From assembly GCA_030390025.1 (NCBI GenBank), contig CM059432.1, positions 117,864,001 through 117,928,000 of the forward strand: a DNA stretch of 64,000 nucleotides. Direction: 5' to 3'. Numbering within the stretch: position 1 is the stretch's first letter; each line of letters opens with the position of its first letter. The translations under genes and the position numbers were made by a program. Origin of the DNA: Squalus acanthias. Taxonomy: Eukaryota. This document shows, piece after piece, positions 13,380 to 25,407 of this stretch. Below the pieces are notes generated by a model. It was not told the DNA's origin, searched no databases, and saw nothing but the letters and a program-made list of their open reading frames with translations.

Positions 13380-14091
13380 GGGAGTGAAATTGGGTGCCTT
13401 TGCACCTACCGTTAGCGCCCGGACGCAAATGGCTTTGCGACCAGGCACGGCGCTGACATCGACTCCCGCCATATTCGGCGGGAGTTTTGCTGCGGCGCTA
13501 CGGTTTTGCGCCTTGATCTCCGTTGCCCCGAGATTGTGACATCATCACCGTGCGCATCGCCCCGGACCCGAAATTGACTTCCGCCCCCTGCAGCAGCGCC
13601 GGTCGAAAACACCGACAGCTGCAGGAGGCGTGCATCGGACGGCCAGCCGCTTCGGGGGCGATGATTAAAGGCGAGGTGGCCGAGGCACGTAAAACAATAA
13701 CTTACCTTTCTTGTTCTAGTTTTTTTTGCGGGTTCCTGTCGACGATTGAGCAGCCCGGCACTCTGCTTGAGTGCCGGGCTGATCACGTGGGATCGCGGCT
13801 GCCTTGGGGGTCCAGGTAGGCACTTTTTAAATTGCAGAGCTTGCAGGGATGGCCCTTCCCTTTAAGGGAGGGAAGGAGCATTTGAACGTGGCAGCGCTGC
13901 ACGGCCCAGTGTGCAGCGCTGCTGAAGTCTCCGCCCCGCTCTCCGACGTTAGCGCCCTAAGAAGGCAGAGGAGCGCTTGATTTAGCTAAAACTTAATTTC
14001 GCGGTTGCTGACGCTAATTAGTGCCGAGCACTAAATCTTGCACCCAGGCGATGTTAGTGCACCAAAATGGTTGATACCAAATTTTTCCCCC
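13380..14091. mobile_element. Harbinger-derived MITE inserted in an older Harbinger
   Basis: Ends GGGAGTGAAATT and AATTTTTCCCCC (the latter identical to the right TIR of 31237-35448). CpG-rich interior. Confidence 0.7.
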
Positions 14092-14589
14092 ACAGCGCTT
14101 TTCTTTAATGAAGGTTTCCTAACTCTACTACTTCTACAAAGGTGCTCCTCTAGTGGCCCGAGCAGAGCTAGTGGAAGGCTGCTGTTCCTCATGAGATGAC
14201 CATGGCCGGAGGCTTTTGGGTGCTGTAGCCTGTGAGGGCCAAGCCACAAGCTGCTGCAATTGGCTGCTGCTGAGGTTGTCTGAGTCAGCTGACATGCTGG
14301 CACCATGGCGAGTATCGGTTGAGGGGGGAACGAATGTGCAGATGTGCTGACCACCCGAAAGAGGCCAGCACATACAGCTCCCATTGTGCCACTGCCAGTC
14401 TCTTGGGGCTGGACCTGATCACTTTCACTGATCTGCAGGAGAGCAGATTGCAGAAGACGAGTGACCCCTTTAAAACCCTTATCCATTAGATCCCCCAATC
14501 TCCCCATTGTGGAGTCCAGAGTCTGCATGGCAACTGTTTGAGCTTCCACCAAAACTGCAAAGTATGTGACCATGAAGCCATTGTTTTTG

Positions 14590-15390
14590 GTCCCTAACCA
14601 CTGACTCCCTCCCTCTCCCTAACATCTGTCTGAGGCTGAACCACACTGTTCCAACCTTGGTGTCATATTTGACCCTGAAATGAGCTTCCGACCACATATC
14701 CGCAGCATAATAAAAGACCGCCTACTTCCACCTCCGTAACATCGCCTGTCTCCGCCTCTACCTCAGCTCATCCGCTGCGGAAACCCTCATCCATGCCTTT
14801 GTTACCTCTAGACTTGACTATTCCAATGCACTCCTGTCTGGCCTCCCACATTCCACCCTACGTAAACTTGAGGTCATCCAAAACTCGGCTGCTCATGTCC
14901 TAACTCGCACCAAGGCCCATTCACCCATCTCCCCTGTGCTTGCTGACCTATATTGGCTCCTGGTTAAGCAGCACCTTGATTTCAAAATTCTCATCCTTGT
15001 TTTCAAATCCCTCCATGGCCTCGCCCCTTCCTATCTCTGTAATCTCCTTCAGCCACACAACCTCCCGAGAAATCTGCGCTCCTCTAATTCTGCCCTCTTG
15101 AGCATCCCTGATTATAATCGCTCAACCTTTGGTGGCCATGCCTTCTGTTGCCTAGGCCCTAAGCTCTGGAATTCCCTCCCTAAACCTCTCCGCCTCACTA
15201 CCTCTCTTTCCTCCTTTAAGACGCTCCTTAAAACCTACCTCTTTGACCAAGCTTTTGGACACCTGCCCTAATTTATCCTTATGTGGCTCGGTGTCAAATG
15301 TTTTGTCTTATAATACACCTGTGCAACGCCTTGGGACGTTTTACTACATTAAAGGCGCTATATAAATACAAGTTGTTGTTGTTGTTGTTG
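14590..15390 (+). mobile_element. L2-clade LINE, 5'-truncated
   Basis: ETLIHAFVTSRLDYSNALLSGLP, DFKILILVFKSLHGLAPSYL. Ends with (GTT)n. Confidence 0.9.
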
Positions 15391-17250
15391 TGAGGGCCTG
15401 GCTGCAGCGTCCCTGGTTATGACCAGACTATCCATGGTAGATTGCAGTGTGGTGATGCTATGTAAGGATGAAATCACAGAGGCTAAATGTGGACTTCTCC
15501 ACACTCTCAGCCACAGTGGCGAAACTCCTTGGCACACCTGTCAATACTCGTACAGCAGTTTGTGTGAGGCCAGCAGTTTTCTTCTCATGACTGGGCCCTC
15601 AAAGTCTCAATATCTATCCTCCTCACCAGAGCTGGGAGAGGGGTCTCCTCCTCTGGCAAGGTCTCGCCTGGGCTGTCCCTGCCAACAATAACGGCTGGTG
15701 CTTACTGTTACTGGGTGTTTCAACACATCAGACCCCTCTAACCCCTGCAGAGTACCAATGTCTGAGCTAGTGCCGGGGGGGAGTGGAGCACCTGACGGAG
15801 CATTCTTAGGAGGATTGTCATCCTCTGAGGTCTGTTCTTCTGCAGGAGCCTCTTGGTGTTAGAAGGCCCTGGAAGAAAGTGAAAAGTGAGAAGAGTTAGG
15901 ATGGGAGATACAAGCTGTAAAAAATTATCTAACCATCTGTAGAATACAGGTTGAAGTTGCAAAGCTTGCTGCATCTGTGTTGAGTTGAATGAAAGGATGT
16001 AAGTAATATACAGACCCGCTGCTTGGGTATACCACCAGACTCCCCTTTCCTGATGCTCATGACCCTGCCAGGGCTAGTGATGTCTCGGTATTCTTGCTCT
16101 GCCTATGTGAGGATGATGATGTTGGGGACATTTCCACCCAACCTGTTCCTCTCCCTGGCATTATGTGCTGTCTTGTCCTGCAGGAAGAGAGGTTGAGAGT
16201 CAGAGAGTATGTGTTGAGAAGGTGAGTGGAGATGTGTGGGGCTTGTGAATATCGTAGATAAGGAAAGGGGTGTAGAAGAAGCAAGATGGAACGAGGATGG
16301 AGAGGTGATGAATGTGAAGGGAAGTGCATGTAATGTGAAGAGAGGAAGGAGTGGTGGGAGTAGTTGGTGGTTGTACAAGTGTTAGGATGTGAGGAGAGAA
16401 TGAACAAGAGAAGTGTTTTAGTGTGGCCTTGTGATTGACTCAGAGACTAGGGTCCTGAATTTAAATAAAGGAAACTATGATGGTATGAGGCGCGAGTTGG
16501 CTAGGGTGGATTGGGGAGCGTTACTTAAAGGGTTGACGGTGGATAGGCAATGGCAAACATTTAAAGATCACATGGATGAACTACAGAATTTGTTCATCCC
16601 TGTTTGGCATAAAAATAAAACAAAAAAGGTGACTCAACCGTGGCTAACAAGGGAAATTAGGGATAGCATAAGATCCAAGGAGAGGACATATAAATTGGCC
16701 AGAAAAAGCAGCAAACCTGAGGATTAGGAGCAGTTTAGGATTCAGCAAAGGAGGACAAAGGGATAAATTAAGAGGGGGAAAATAGAATATGAGAGCAAGC
16801 TTGCAGGGAACATAAAAACTGACTGTAAAAGCTTCTATAGATATGTGAAGAGAAAAAGATTGGTGAAGTCAAGCGTAGGTCCCTTGCAGTCAGAATCAGG
16901 GGAATTTATAATGGGGAACAAAGAAATGGCTGACGAATTAAATACATACTTTGGTTCTGTCTTCACAAAGGAGGACACAAATAAACTCCCAGAGATGTCG
17001 GGGACATAGGGTCTAATGAGAGGGAGGAATTGAATGAAATCACTATTTGTAGGGAAATGGTGTTAGGGAAATTGACGGGATTGAAGGCCGATAAATCCCT
17101 AGGACCTGATAATCTACATCCTAGGGTACTTAAGGAAGTGGCCCTAGAAATAGTAGATGCATTGCTGGTCATCTTTCAAAATTCTATAGACTCTGGAACA
17201 GTTCCCATGGATTGGAGGGTAGCTAATGTAACCCCACTATTTAAAAAAGG

Positions 17251-17515
17251 TCATGATGCAGAGATGCCGGCGTTGGACTGGGGTGGACAAAAATGAGAAG
17301 TCGCACAATACCAGGTTATAGTCCAACAGATGTATTTAAAATTACAAGCTTTCGGAGCTATCGATTGCCCCTTCTTCAGGTAAAGTTACTGTGAGTGAAT
17401 CTGTGATTCACTCACAGTAACTTTACCTGAAGAAGGGGCGATCGATAGCTCCGAAAGCTTGTAATTTTAAATAAATCTGTTGGACTATAACCTGGTGTTG
17501 TGCGACTTCTCATTT
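17251..17515. mobile_element. Penelope-like element terminal repeat (pLTR) in inverted, palindromic arrangement
   Basis: 17291-17400 and 17406-17515 are near-perfect inverted repeats. Flanked by duplicated CR1 target TTTAAAAAAGG / TTTAGAAAAGG. Related copy at 38101-38255. Confidence 0.75.
17422..17465 (+). ncRNA. Putative minimal hammerhead ribozyme motif (mirror copy on - strand at ~17341-17384)
   Basis: CTGAAGA (17427-17433), stem II GGGGC..GCTCC, GAAA (17453-17456), then GCTTGTA. This fits the hammerhead core typical of Penelope repeats. Confidence 0.6.
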
Positions 17516-19533
17516 AGAAAAGGTGGGAGAGAAAAAACGGGGAATTATAATGTAAGCCTGACATTGGAAGTGGGAAAAATGCTAGAGTCCATTATAAAAG
17601 ATGTAACAGCAGAGCACTTGGAAAACAGTGACAGGATCGGACAAAGTCAACATGGATTTACAAAAGGTAAATCGTGCTTGACTAATCTACTGGAATTTTT
17701 TGAGGATGTAACTGGTAAAATAGATAAGGGAGAAACAGTGGATGTGGTGTATTTGGACTTTCAGAAGGCTTTCGATAAGGTCCCGCATAAGAGATTAGCG
17801 TGCAAAGTTAAAGCACATGGGATTGGGGTAAGGTATTGTCTTGGATAGAGAACTGGTTGGCAGACAGGAAGCAAAGAGTTGGAATAAACGGGTCTTTTTC
17901 CGAGTGGCAGGCAGTGACTAGTGGGGTACCACAGGGATCGGTGCTAGGACCCCAGCTATTCACAATATATATTAATGATCTAGACAAGGGAACTAGATGT
18001 AATATTTCCAAGTTTGCAGACGACACAAAACTGCGTGGGCGTGTGTGCTGTGAGGAGGATGCAGAGAAACTCCAGTATGATTTGGACAGGTTGGGTGATT
18101 GGGCAGATGCATAGCAGATGCAGTATAATGTGGATAAATGCGAGGTTATCCACTTTGGTGGCAAAAACAGGAAGACAGATTATTATCTGAATGGCAATAG
18201 ATTGGGAAAAGGGGAAGTGCAGCGAGATCTGGGAGTCCTTGTGCACCAGTCGCTGAAGGTAAGCATGCAGGTGCAGCAGGCGGTTAAGAAGGCAAATGGT
18301 ATGTTGGCCTTCATAGTGAGAGGATTCGAGTACAGGAGCAAGGATGTCTTGCTACAGTTGTACAAGGCCTTGGTGAGACCACACCTTGAGTATTGTGTGC
18401 AGTTTTGGTCGCCTTATCTGAGGAAGGATGTTCTTGCCATGGAGGGAGTGCAGCAAAGATTTACCAGACTGATACCTGGGATGGCAGGAATGACGTATGA
18501 AAGAGATTGGGTCGATTAGGCTTATATTCGCTAGAGTTTCGAAGAATGAGAGAGGATCTCATTGAAACTTATAAAATTCTAACAGGACTAGACAGACTAG
18601 ATGCAGGAAGGATGTTCCCGATGGCAGGGGAGTCCAGAACCAGAGGTCACAGTCTAAGGATAAGGGGTAAGCCATTTAGGACTGAGATGTGGAGGAATTT
18701 CTTCACCCAGAGAGTGGTGAACCTGTGGAATTCTCTACCACAGAAGGCAGTTGAGGCCAATTCATTAAATATATTCAAGAAGGAGATAGATATATTTCTT
18801 AAGGCTAAAGGGATCAAGGGATATGGGGAGAAAGCAGGGACAGGGTACTGAATTTGGATGATCAGCCATGATCTCATTAAATGGCGGAGCAGGCTCGAGG
18901 GGCCAAATGGCCTACTCCTGCTCCTATCTTCTATGAATGAATGTTGAAGGATGTGATGGAGGGGAGGGAATTATTGAGAGTGGTAAGGGAGGAGGTGAAA
19001 GGTGAGTTTTCAGGTGTTGCTGAGAGAGGTGGAGAGTTGAAGAGTTGGATTTACCCTTGTTGCTCCTGTGAGGTCAATGAACCTCTTCCTACACTGAAGC
19101 CATGTCCTGGGGGTGATGCTGGTGGCACTGTCCCTGTCAGCCACTTCTGTCCAGGCCTGCCTGACCTTGGCCTTGGGAATGCTTTTGCGTGTGCTGGGGA
19201 AGAGTACCTCAGTCCTGGCCCTCGGTTGCTCCATTAGGACCTCAAGGAAGGCACCAGGAAAGTTATGGCTGCCCTTTGACTCATCTCTGCAGCAAAATAC
19301 TCTTTCACAATTCAGTGTAAAATGCAAGTAGAGGATACCACTTCACTTTAAGAGGTGCAACCCATTTTAAGGACAGTGAGATGAAGCGCCGAGTCACGTG
19401 TGCTGGCTGCCCGATGCTGCTGTTGATCAGGAGGGCTAACCCTCCTCCATCAAATGTTAATGAAGTCTGGGAGTTAAAATGGTCCAGGCCTCAGGCCAAC
19501 CCTGCGCCTCACCTCGTCTGCCCGACTCCTAAA

Positions 19534-19690
19534 TGCCCAATGTATACAATGGTACACTTAGTAAGTTGATGAATATGAAATTTACTCTGGGACTAACCGA
19601 ATCTTTATGAACAATGGGAGCACATGTGAATTGTGTAGCCATGGCTGCTGAGTGCAATAAAATTCCAGAATCCATGAGTCACCATCAAGT
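19534..19690 (+). repeat. Unclassified old interspersed repeat (copy of 10340-10495)
   Basis: Direct visual alignment with 10340-10495. Confidence 0.6.
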
Positions 19691-20762
19691 GTTCTTATAG
19701 CAGCAACGTGTTAAATTGTGTTATTGTGTGATGTTAATGCTTATTGTGGTAACAGGAAGCTATCCTTTATGACAATAAACCTCCAATGCTTTCCCAAATT
19801 ACTGATTTTAAAATATAGTTATATATATAGAGCAAATAATGTCAAAAATTGAAACATGTCTGTCCATAATGTATTGTGTTGCTGGATTTGTTCTTTCTAT
19901 CACAGTAAATATGAATTAAAAAGAGATTCACACACGGAAAATGACCCAGCTTGTTTTGATACACAGCAGCATCCAGACATACATCATGTCTACGACAAGT
20001 ATCCGAGGAAACGGCGGGGCTGGAGCCATTCAATTCAAATACAAGCATTTTGGGGTTTTGTTTGAATATGTATTGGATGAGTAGCTTTCTTTCAGTTTAA
20101 GAGGTGCATATTTCAATTTATTTTGTAGCGGGAAAGTTTTGAGCAGGATATTCCAGCCTGTTTTGTTTAAATTCAGTTTTCCATCTGAAGAAATACAGAT
20201 AAGCTGGAAAGACTGTGTGGATGGAAGGCTGTAATCTGACATTGTGTCTAGTCTAGTTTACATTGCAGTTCAGTGCAGCAGATGCAACCTATTGTTATTT
20301 TCTATCTTCCAAGGAGAGTCACTGCTTCTGTTCTCTTATTCATTCATTAATAATAAAGCTATTTGATAATTTATGACGTGATGTACAGTCAAGGGAAATA
20401 TTTATCCTACTGCCTTCCCAAGTCAATGTAACTGTAAGTGATATAGCCAGTAGCTAAAATACATTGAGAAGAGTTTCATGTTTGTTCCCTAGGCTCACTA
20501 CAAATTACCTTGATTATGGAGAGAATAAAAGATACACACTTCAGTATGTAGGGATTGATAGCTCGCCTATAGGAATGGTCTGAGTCACTGAACCTGAGAG
20601 AAAGGTCTTAAGTAAATTCCCCAAAATGTAACAAACATTTCGTAAGGGTTGAATTTCAGACCACCTCAGAGATCACTTTAAGTCGTTTCCAATGGCCAAT
20701 GAATAAGTGCACTGCTTGAAGTAACACACAACTGTACAGACTTGTAGCTGCCCTGATCAAGC

Positions 20763-21640
20763 ACATAAGAACATAAGAAATAAGAGCCGGAGTAGGTCAT
20801 ACGGCCCCTGAGCCTGCTCCGCCATTCAATAAGATCATGGCTGATCATCGACCTCAACTCCACTTTCCTGCCCGACCCCCATATCCCTTGATTCCCCTAG
20901 AGTCCAAAAATCTATCTATCTCAGTCTTGAATATACTCAAAGACTCAGCATTCACAGCCCTCTGGGGCAGAGAATTCCAAACATTCACAGCCCTCTGAGT
21001 GAAGAAATTCCACCTCATACCGGTCTTAAATGGTCGACCCCTTATCCTGAGACTATGCCCCCTAGTTCTAGACACTCCAGCCAAGGGAAACAACCTCTCA
21101 GCATCTACCCTGTCAATCCCCTTCAGATCTTGTATGTTTCAATGAGATCACCTCACATTCTTCTAAACTCCAGAGAGTATGGGCCCATTCTACACAATCT
21201 CTCATCATAAGACAGCCCTCTCATCCCAGGAATAAATTTAGTGAACCTTCGTTGCACCGCCTCCAAGGCAAGTATATCCTTCCTTAGATAAGGAGACCAA
21301 AACTGTGCACAGTACACCAGGTGTGGTCGCATCAAGGCCCTGTACAATTGTAGCAAGACTTCCTTACTCTTATACTCCAACCCCCTTGCAATAAAGGCCA
21401 ACATGCCATTTGCCTTCCTTATTGCTTGCTGTACCTGCATGCTAGCTTTCTGTGTTTCTTGCACGAGGACACCCAAATCTCTCTGAACACCAACATTTGA
21501 AAGTTTCTCACCATTTAAAAAATATTTTGTTTTTCTATTCTTCCTACCATAGTGAATAACCTCACGTTTCCCTACATTATACTCCATCTGCCACCTTACT
21601 GCCCACTCACTTAGTCTATCTATATCCCTTTGCAAACACT
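20763..21640 (-). mobile_element. CR1 LINE 3' part
   Basis: QRDIDRLSEW, RDLGVLV, RPHLVYCAQFWSP, RTRGHSL. (ACATAAGA)n tail at 20763. Confidence 0.95.
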
Positions 21641-21642
21641 TT

Positions 21643-22132
21643 GGGCTGGATTTTGATACTGGGGCGGGTCATCCACTTTTCGTGTTATCCACCCGACTGC
21701 AATTGGATGTGGGAGATTGATGCGATTTTCACCTAATTGGGCAATTGAGTTCCAGCATTTGGGAACCCATGAACCAATTAGTGTTTTCAGTCTGAAAGTC
21801 ACCTCTGATGATGTCATCATTGCTGCTGCATTGAAGGTCTGCAAAGACTGCCTGGCCTTTGCTGTGAGAGGACCTGGATGCAAAATGAGCAGCAGCAGCC
21901 CTAAGTCTGCTCCCAGATATTTTTGCACAACCACCACTCCCAGATATGTCTATTCCTCCTCCTCCTCCTCCTCCCACTCCGCCTCCTCCGACTACTACTA
22001 CAACATCATCTCTGTTGTAATAGTGGACCTGCAGCTGATAGTCAGCTATCCAAATGTGCTCCCGTCAGGTTTCACATTTGTGGTTCAGAACAGACGTGCT
22101 TCACGTAGAAAAAGGGTTAAAATCACAAAGGC
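21643..22132. mobile_element. Harbinger-type non-autonomous fragment between CR1 pieces
   Basis: Begins GGGCTGGATTTT, contains (CCT)n/(CTA)n, and interrupts the CR1. Confidence 0.45.
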
Positions 22133-22189
22133 CATTCAAAATGGCATTATAGAGGCAATTTAGTGCTTGTTAAGGGCCTTAACAGTCTA

Positions 22190-24420
22190 TCCCGCCTCTT
22201 AGTCCCATTAGTTTATCAAATACTTTTTTCTCTACTGATATTAATTACTTTAAATTCCTCACTCTTATTAGCACCTTGGTTCCCCACTCTATTTGGTCTG
22301 CTTTTTGTGTCTTCTACTGTGAAGACAGATACAAAATATTTGTTTAACGTTTCTGCCATTTCCTTATTCCCCATAATAATTTCTCTGTCTCAGCCTCGAA
22401 GGGACCAACGTTTACTTTTGTTACTGTCTTCCTTTTTATATACACGTAGAAGCTCTTATAATCTGCTTTTATATTTCTTGCTAGTTTTCTCTCATATTCT
22501 ATTTTTTCCCTTTTTATCAATTTTTTGGTCATCCTTTGCTGGTTTCTTAAGCTCTCCCAATCCTCAGGTTTACTATTATTCTTCGCAACATTATAAGCTT
22601 CTTCTTTCAATCTAATGCTATTCTTACCTTCTTTAGTTAGCCACGGTTGGATCACTTTTCCCGTGGAATTTTTGTTTCTCAATGGAATGTATTTTTGTTG
22701 AGAATTATGAAATATTTCTTTAAATGCTAGCCACTGCTTATCTACCGCCATACCTTTTAATCTATTTTTCCAATCTACCTTGGCCAACTCACCCCTCATA
22801 CCTATGTAATTGGCTTTATTTAAGGTTAAGACTCTAGTTTTGGACTTAGGCATGTCACTCTCAAAATTAATGTAAAATTCTATCATATTATGATCACTCT
22901 GCCCCAGAGGATCCTTTACTATGAGATTGCTAATTAACCCTTTCTCATTACACAATACAAGATCTGAAATAGCCTGTTCCCTGGTTGGTTCCATGACATA
23001 TTGTTCTAGGAAACTGTCCCGAATGCATTCCATTAACTCGTCCTCCAGACTATCTTTTCCAATTTGATTTGTCTAGTCTATATGAAGATTAAAGTCCCCC
23101 ACGATTATTGCATTACCTTTGTTGCAAGCTCCTACTATTCTTGATTAATATTCTATCCAATGTTATAGCTACTGTTAGGGGGCCTATATACTACTCCTAC
23201 CAGTGTTTTCTGCCCCTTGTTATTCCTTATCTCCACCCATACAGATTCTCATTCCTGATCTTCTGAGCCAAGATCCTTTCTCTCTACTGTCCTTATGTCA
23301 TCCTTTATTATCAAGGCTACTCCCCCTCCTTTTCCATTCTGCCTGTCTTTTCAAAACGTCAAGTACCCTGGACCATTTAGTTCCAAACCTTGGCCACCTT
23401 GCAACCACGTCTCTGTAATGGCTATTAAATTAAACCCACTTATCTCTATTTGTGCCACTAGTTCATCTATCTTGTTATGAATGCTTCGTGCATTCAGAAA
23501 GGCAAGGGCCTTTCATTGAATTTTTTTACCATTATTCCCTGCTTTGACTTCATTCTCTGCTGCACTGCTACCGTTAAACTCTCTGTCCCTTCCTGTCACA
23601 CTCTGCTTATTTTTACCCAAATCGCTACACTGCTCTATTGCCTTGTCCTTTCTCTTTAGATTTCTAAATTTCCCCTCACCTGACCCCTCCCCCCCCCTTT
23701 TTTTAGTTTAAAGCCCGATCTACAGCTTTAGTTATTCAATTCGCCAGGACGCTGGTCCCAGCCCAATTTAAGTGGAGCCCATCTCTACGGAACAGCTCCC
23801 TCTTTCCCCAGTACTGGTGCCAGTGCCCCATCAATTGAAACCCCTTCTTCCCACACCACTCTTTGAGCCACGCATTTAACGCTCTGATCTGCTTGACCCT
23901 ATGTCAATTTGCACGTGGCTCAGGTAGTAATCCAGAGATTATTACCCTTGAGGTTCTGCTTATTAATTTAGACCCTAGCTCCTCAAACTCCCTCAGCAGA
24001 ACCTCATTCTTAGTTCTACCTACGTCGTTGGCTCCTACATGGACCACGACAACTGGATCCTCCCCCTCCCACTCCAAGTTCTTCTCCAGCCGCAAGGAGA
24101 TATCCTTAACCCTGGCACCGGGCAGGCAACATAGCCTTCGGGACTCTCTTTCGCGGCTGCAGAGAACAGTATCTATCCCCCTGACTATACGGTCCCCTAC
24201 TACTACCACATTCCTTCCTTCTCCTCCCACTTGGATGGCCCCCTGTACCACGGTGCCGTGGTCAGTTTTCCCATCCTCCCTGCAGTTCTTTTCCTCATCC
24301 ATACAGGTAGCAAGTACCTCGTACCTGTTGGACAAGGTCCAGGGCTGAGGCTCCTCCATCACTAAATCCTGGGTCCCCATACCTTCCTGACTCGCAGTCA
24401 CACCCTCCTGTCCCTTACCC
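22190..24420 (-). mobile_element. CR1 LINE 5' part: ORF1 esterase domain and ORF2 APE endonuclease
   Basis: ORF1 TLSNRYEVL..VVVVGDRIVRG..CLPGARVKD..VVVHVGANDVG..IISGLLP (SGNH-type esterase). EN FLEQYVMEPTR..DLVLCN..LGQSDHNMI. Confidence 0.9.
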
Positions 24421-24421
24421 T

Positions 24422-24600
24422 GACCCTGGTCTGCTCTGAGTTAGCCAATCTCAGGTGAGGTGGTACCAGGGGTGCTACAATTGGCCTCAGTGTCCCTGGG
24501 CTAGGGAAGTTTTAAAAAGATTGAGGATCCCATTCTTCATTGCTATCCAGTCACCCTGCTGAAAGTCTGCCTCTGTGAGCACTGGGTGAGTGGAAGGTTT
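24422..24600 (+). mobile_element. Old SINE-like fragment (related pieces near 6340-6460, 30820-30990, 60620-60810)
   Basis: Shared motif tctg..ctgagtta.c..atct.ag...aattggcctca among the copies. Confidence 0.4.
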
Positions 24601-25087
24601 GGGTCAGCCATGGGTGCAACCATGAGAGAGGGGGGATTGAGGGCGATGTGTTATTTATTTTTATCATGGCATTTACGCCCGTCTTCTCCCTACTCCAAAT
24701 CCCAGAATTTTCCCTAATCTCCCTCTCAACTCTAAGTACAGTTGTACCTCTGGACTCAGCCATGCTATCCCACCCCATACAGCCAAATAGCCTGCCCAGG
24801 CGCACACATGAACAGTAGACACTTAGGTGAGGCACGAGGTGGCAGTTGCCAATGGTGGGACGGAACCCTGGCGGAAATCATTGGCTTCAAGCAAGGAGTG
24901 TTAAGGGGAGATAAGGTGAACCAGGAAAAATTAATATCTTGGTCCCACTGATGGAAACAATGTAAATTTAAAGGGAAAATTGGTGCAAAAAGTTACATAA
25001 ATGCTATCAGATCTTCTGTGTCATTGCTCACAATTAGTTGAGAGTATGCTGTTATAATTATGGTAGTGTCATACCATATGTGGGAAC

Positions 25088-25393
25088 AATGGCATAGTGG
25101 TTATGTTACTGGACTAGTAATCCAGAGGCCTGGACTTAATGATTGGTGCGACATGAGTTCATAATCCCACCATGACAGCTGGGGAATTTAAATTCAAAAT
25201 TGGAATAAAAAGCTAGTACTGATGACCAGTTGTAAAATATAACCTATATGTGACTCCAGATGCACAATAATGTGGTTGACTCTTAACTGCCCTCTGAAAT
25301 GGCCTAGCAGTTATCAAGAAGGCAGTTCAACACCACCTTCTCAAGGGCAATTAGGGATGGCCAATAAATGCCGGCCTGCAATGTATAAAAAAA
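25088..25393 (+). mobile_element. Bipartite tRNA-headed SINE (5' UTR plus 3' tail of the LINE at 43281/55075)
   Basis: TGGCATAGTGG A box, CTGGA-CTAGTAA-TCCAG arm, GAGTTCATAATCC B-like box. The UTR up to gaaatggcctagca is joined to the tail caagaaggc..caccaccttctcaagggcaattagggatgg. Confidence 0.85.
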
Positions 25394-25407
25394 TATAGAA
25401 CACAATA

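Larger units (their letters stand above)
16430..18935 (+). mobile_element. CR1 LINE, 5'-truncated (RT region and 3' UTR), with Penelope insertion
   Basis: [72 protein letters not shown]. 3' hairpin GGAGCAGGCTCGAGGGGCCAAATGGCCTACTCCTGCTCC. Confidence 0.95.
14095..19350 (-). pseudogene. Harbinger Myb/SANT gene split by L2 and CR1 insertions (pieces ~14095-14590, 15391-16430, 18940-19350)
   Basis: N-terminal WTEVADRDSATSITPRTWLQCRKRFIDL at ~19.1 kb, exon 2-like LQDKTAHNARERNRLGG at ~16.15 kb, C-terminal LQSALLQI at ~14.4 kb. Confidence 0.75.

Noticed and set aside
19842..20242. Possible host exon in non-repetitive sequence
   Set aside because: No recognisable protein in the frames read and no convincing splice pair. 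Conservation cannot be tested here.
23863..24401. Esterase-like cargo gene
   Set aside because: An esterase domain is the normal ORF1 of vertebrate CR1 elements.
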